A DNA stretch of 63,325 nucleotides, filler included, from Chiloscyllium plagiosum (taxonomy: Eukaryota): the NCBI RefSeq assembly GCF_004010195.1. It is 3 parts of one record of this genome, joined end to end, with 100 filler letters (N's around TTAATTAATTAA, not from the genome) between each part and the next. Parts side by side here need not be neighbours in the genome. Positions count along the whole stretch, not along the records: positions 59,082 to 63,325 come from NC_057710.1; 2 more parts are not named here. One strand, 5' to 3'. Shown here piece by piece: positions 62,301 to 63,325 of the stretch. The position numbers were made by a program, and so were the translations under genes. The notes under the pieces were generated by a model. That model was not told the DNA's origin. It saw only the letters and a program-made list of their open reading frames with translations, and did no database searches. The stretch's first letter is position 1. Each line of letters starts with the position of its first letter.

Positions 62301-63325
62301 TATGGTCAGTGTCCCTCTATTCCCTGTCTGTCGATGTACCTATAGTCTGTATCTCTCTATTCCCTGCCTGTTCATGTGACTATGTTCTATATCCCTCGAT
62401 TTCCTGTCTGTTCATGTGCCTCTGGTCCGTATCCCTCTATTCCCTGCCTGGTCATGTGCCTGGAGTCCATATCCCTGTATTCCCTGCCTGTCCATGTGGC
62501 CATGGTCTGTATCGCTCTATTCCCTGCCTGTTCATGTGCCTATGGCCTGCATCCCAATATTCCATGCCTCTTCATGTGCCTATGGTCAATATCTCTTGAT
62601 TCCCTGTCTGTCCATGTGCCTATGGTCTGTATTCATTTATTCCCTGCCTGTTCATGTGCCTATGGCCTGCATCCCAATATTCCATGCCTCTTCATGTGCC
62701 TATGGTCAATATCTCTTGATTCCCTGTCTGTCCATGTGCCTATGGTCTGTATTCATTTATTCCCTGCCTGTTCATGTGCCTATGGCCTGCATCCCAATAT
62801 TCCATGCCTCTTCATGTGCCTATGGTCAATATCTCTTGATTCCCTGTCTGTCCATGTGCCTATGGTCTGTATTCATTTATTCCCTGCCTGTTCATGTGCC
62901 TATGGCCTGCATCCCAATATTCCATGCCTCTTCATGTGCCTATGGTCAATATCTCTTGATTCCCTGTCTGTCCATGTGCCTATGGTCTGTATTCATTTAT
63001 TCCCTGCCTGTTCATGTGCCTATGGCCTGCATCCCAATATTCCATGCCTCTTCATGTGCCTATGGTCAATATCTCTTGATTCCCTGTCTGTCCATGTGCC
63101 TATGGTCTGTATTCATTTATTCCCTGCCTGTTCATGTGCCTATGGTCTGTATCCGCCTATTCCCTGCCTGTCCATGTTACTGTGGTCTGTTTCCCTCTAT
63201 TTCCTGCCTGATCACGGCCTATGGTCCGTAGCCCTCTATTCTAAGTCTATCCGTGTGACTATGGTGTGTATCCCTCTATTCCCTGTCTGTTCACGTGCCT
63301 ATGGTCAGTGTCCCTCTATTCCCTG
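59358..63325. repeat. 40-bp tandem satellite (tccctgcctgttcatgtgcctatggtccgtatccctctat) with 80-bp and 120-bp higher-order blocks
   Basis: 16 identical 80-mers at 60041-61320; 5 identical 120-mers at 62521-63120; the array runs off the window end. Confidence 0.97.
61660..61965 (-). mobile_element. HE1-like V-SINE (copy B) inside the satellite
   Basis: Full SINE sharing private variants with copy A. Confidence 0.9.

Noticed and set aside
59113..63231. Long Cys/Pro-rich ORFs (up to 652 aa) in all three plus frames
   Set aside because: Artefact of a stop-free 40-bp tandem unit; the same peptide cycles through all frames.
59358..63325. CRISPR-like regular repeats
   Set aside because: Units are contiguous with no unique spacers, there are no cas genes, and the context is vertebrate.
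18771..63325. Upstream RAB11FIP5 exons (C2 domain)
   Set aside because: No matching peptide recognised on the minus strand; probably beyond the window. Small exons or exons in gaps cannot be excluded by eye.

Overview
Eukaryotic vertebrate DNA, almost certainly a cartilaginous fish (shark), judged from HE1-type V-SINEs and CR1 and Penelope elements. The window is mostly intronic sequence of a minus-strand gene recognisable as RAB11FIP5 (Rip11). Two exons are visible: a 178-nt penultimate-type exon (4123-4300, PHPVKP...LSSGLEKLK) and a 3078-nt in-frame phase-2/phase-2 cassette exon (15593-18670) encoding about 1026 low-complexity residues with two NPF motifs and PPPPKPPR. I did not find the C2-domain exons or the terminal Rab11-binding exon; they probably lie outside the window. 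The rest is largely nested, decayed TEs (CR1, L2-like, L1/Tx1, two tRNA-derived SINE families, Penelope-like elements, a solo LTR), plus a U6 retrocopy, minisatellites and three assembly gaps. The most notable signals are: (1) about 18 minimal hammerhead-ribozyme cores in Penelope-type terminal repeats, several with an intact core in the pre-mRNA sense; (2) a 40-bp satellite that matches a CR1 3' end and has 80-bp and 120-bp higher-order blocks plus a ~2.6-kb SINE+satellite duplication; (3) a 113-bp locally templated inverted insertion fused to a SINE; (4) the giant cassette exon. TE boundaries are by eye and approximate unless a TSD is quoted.
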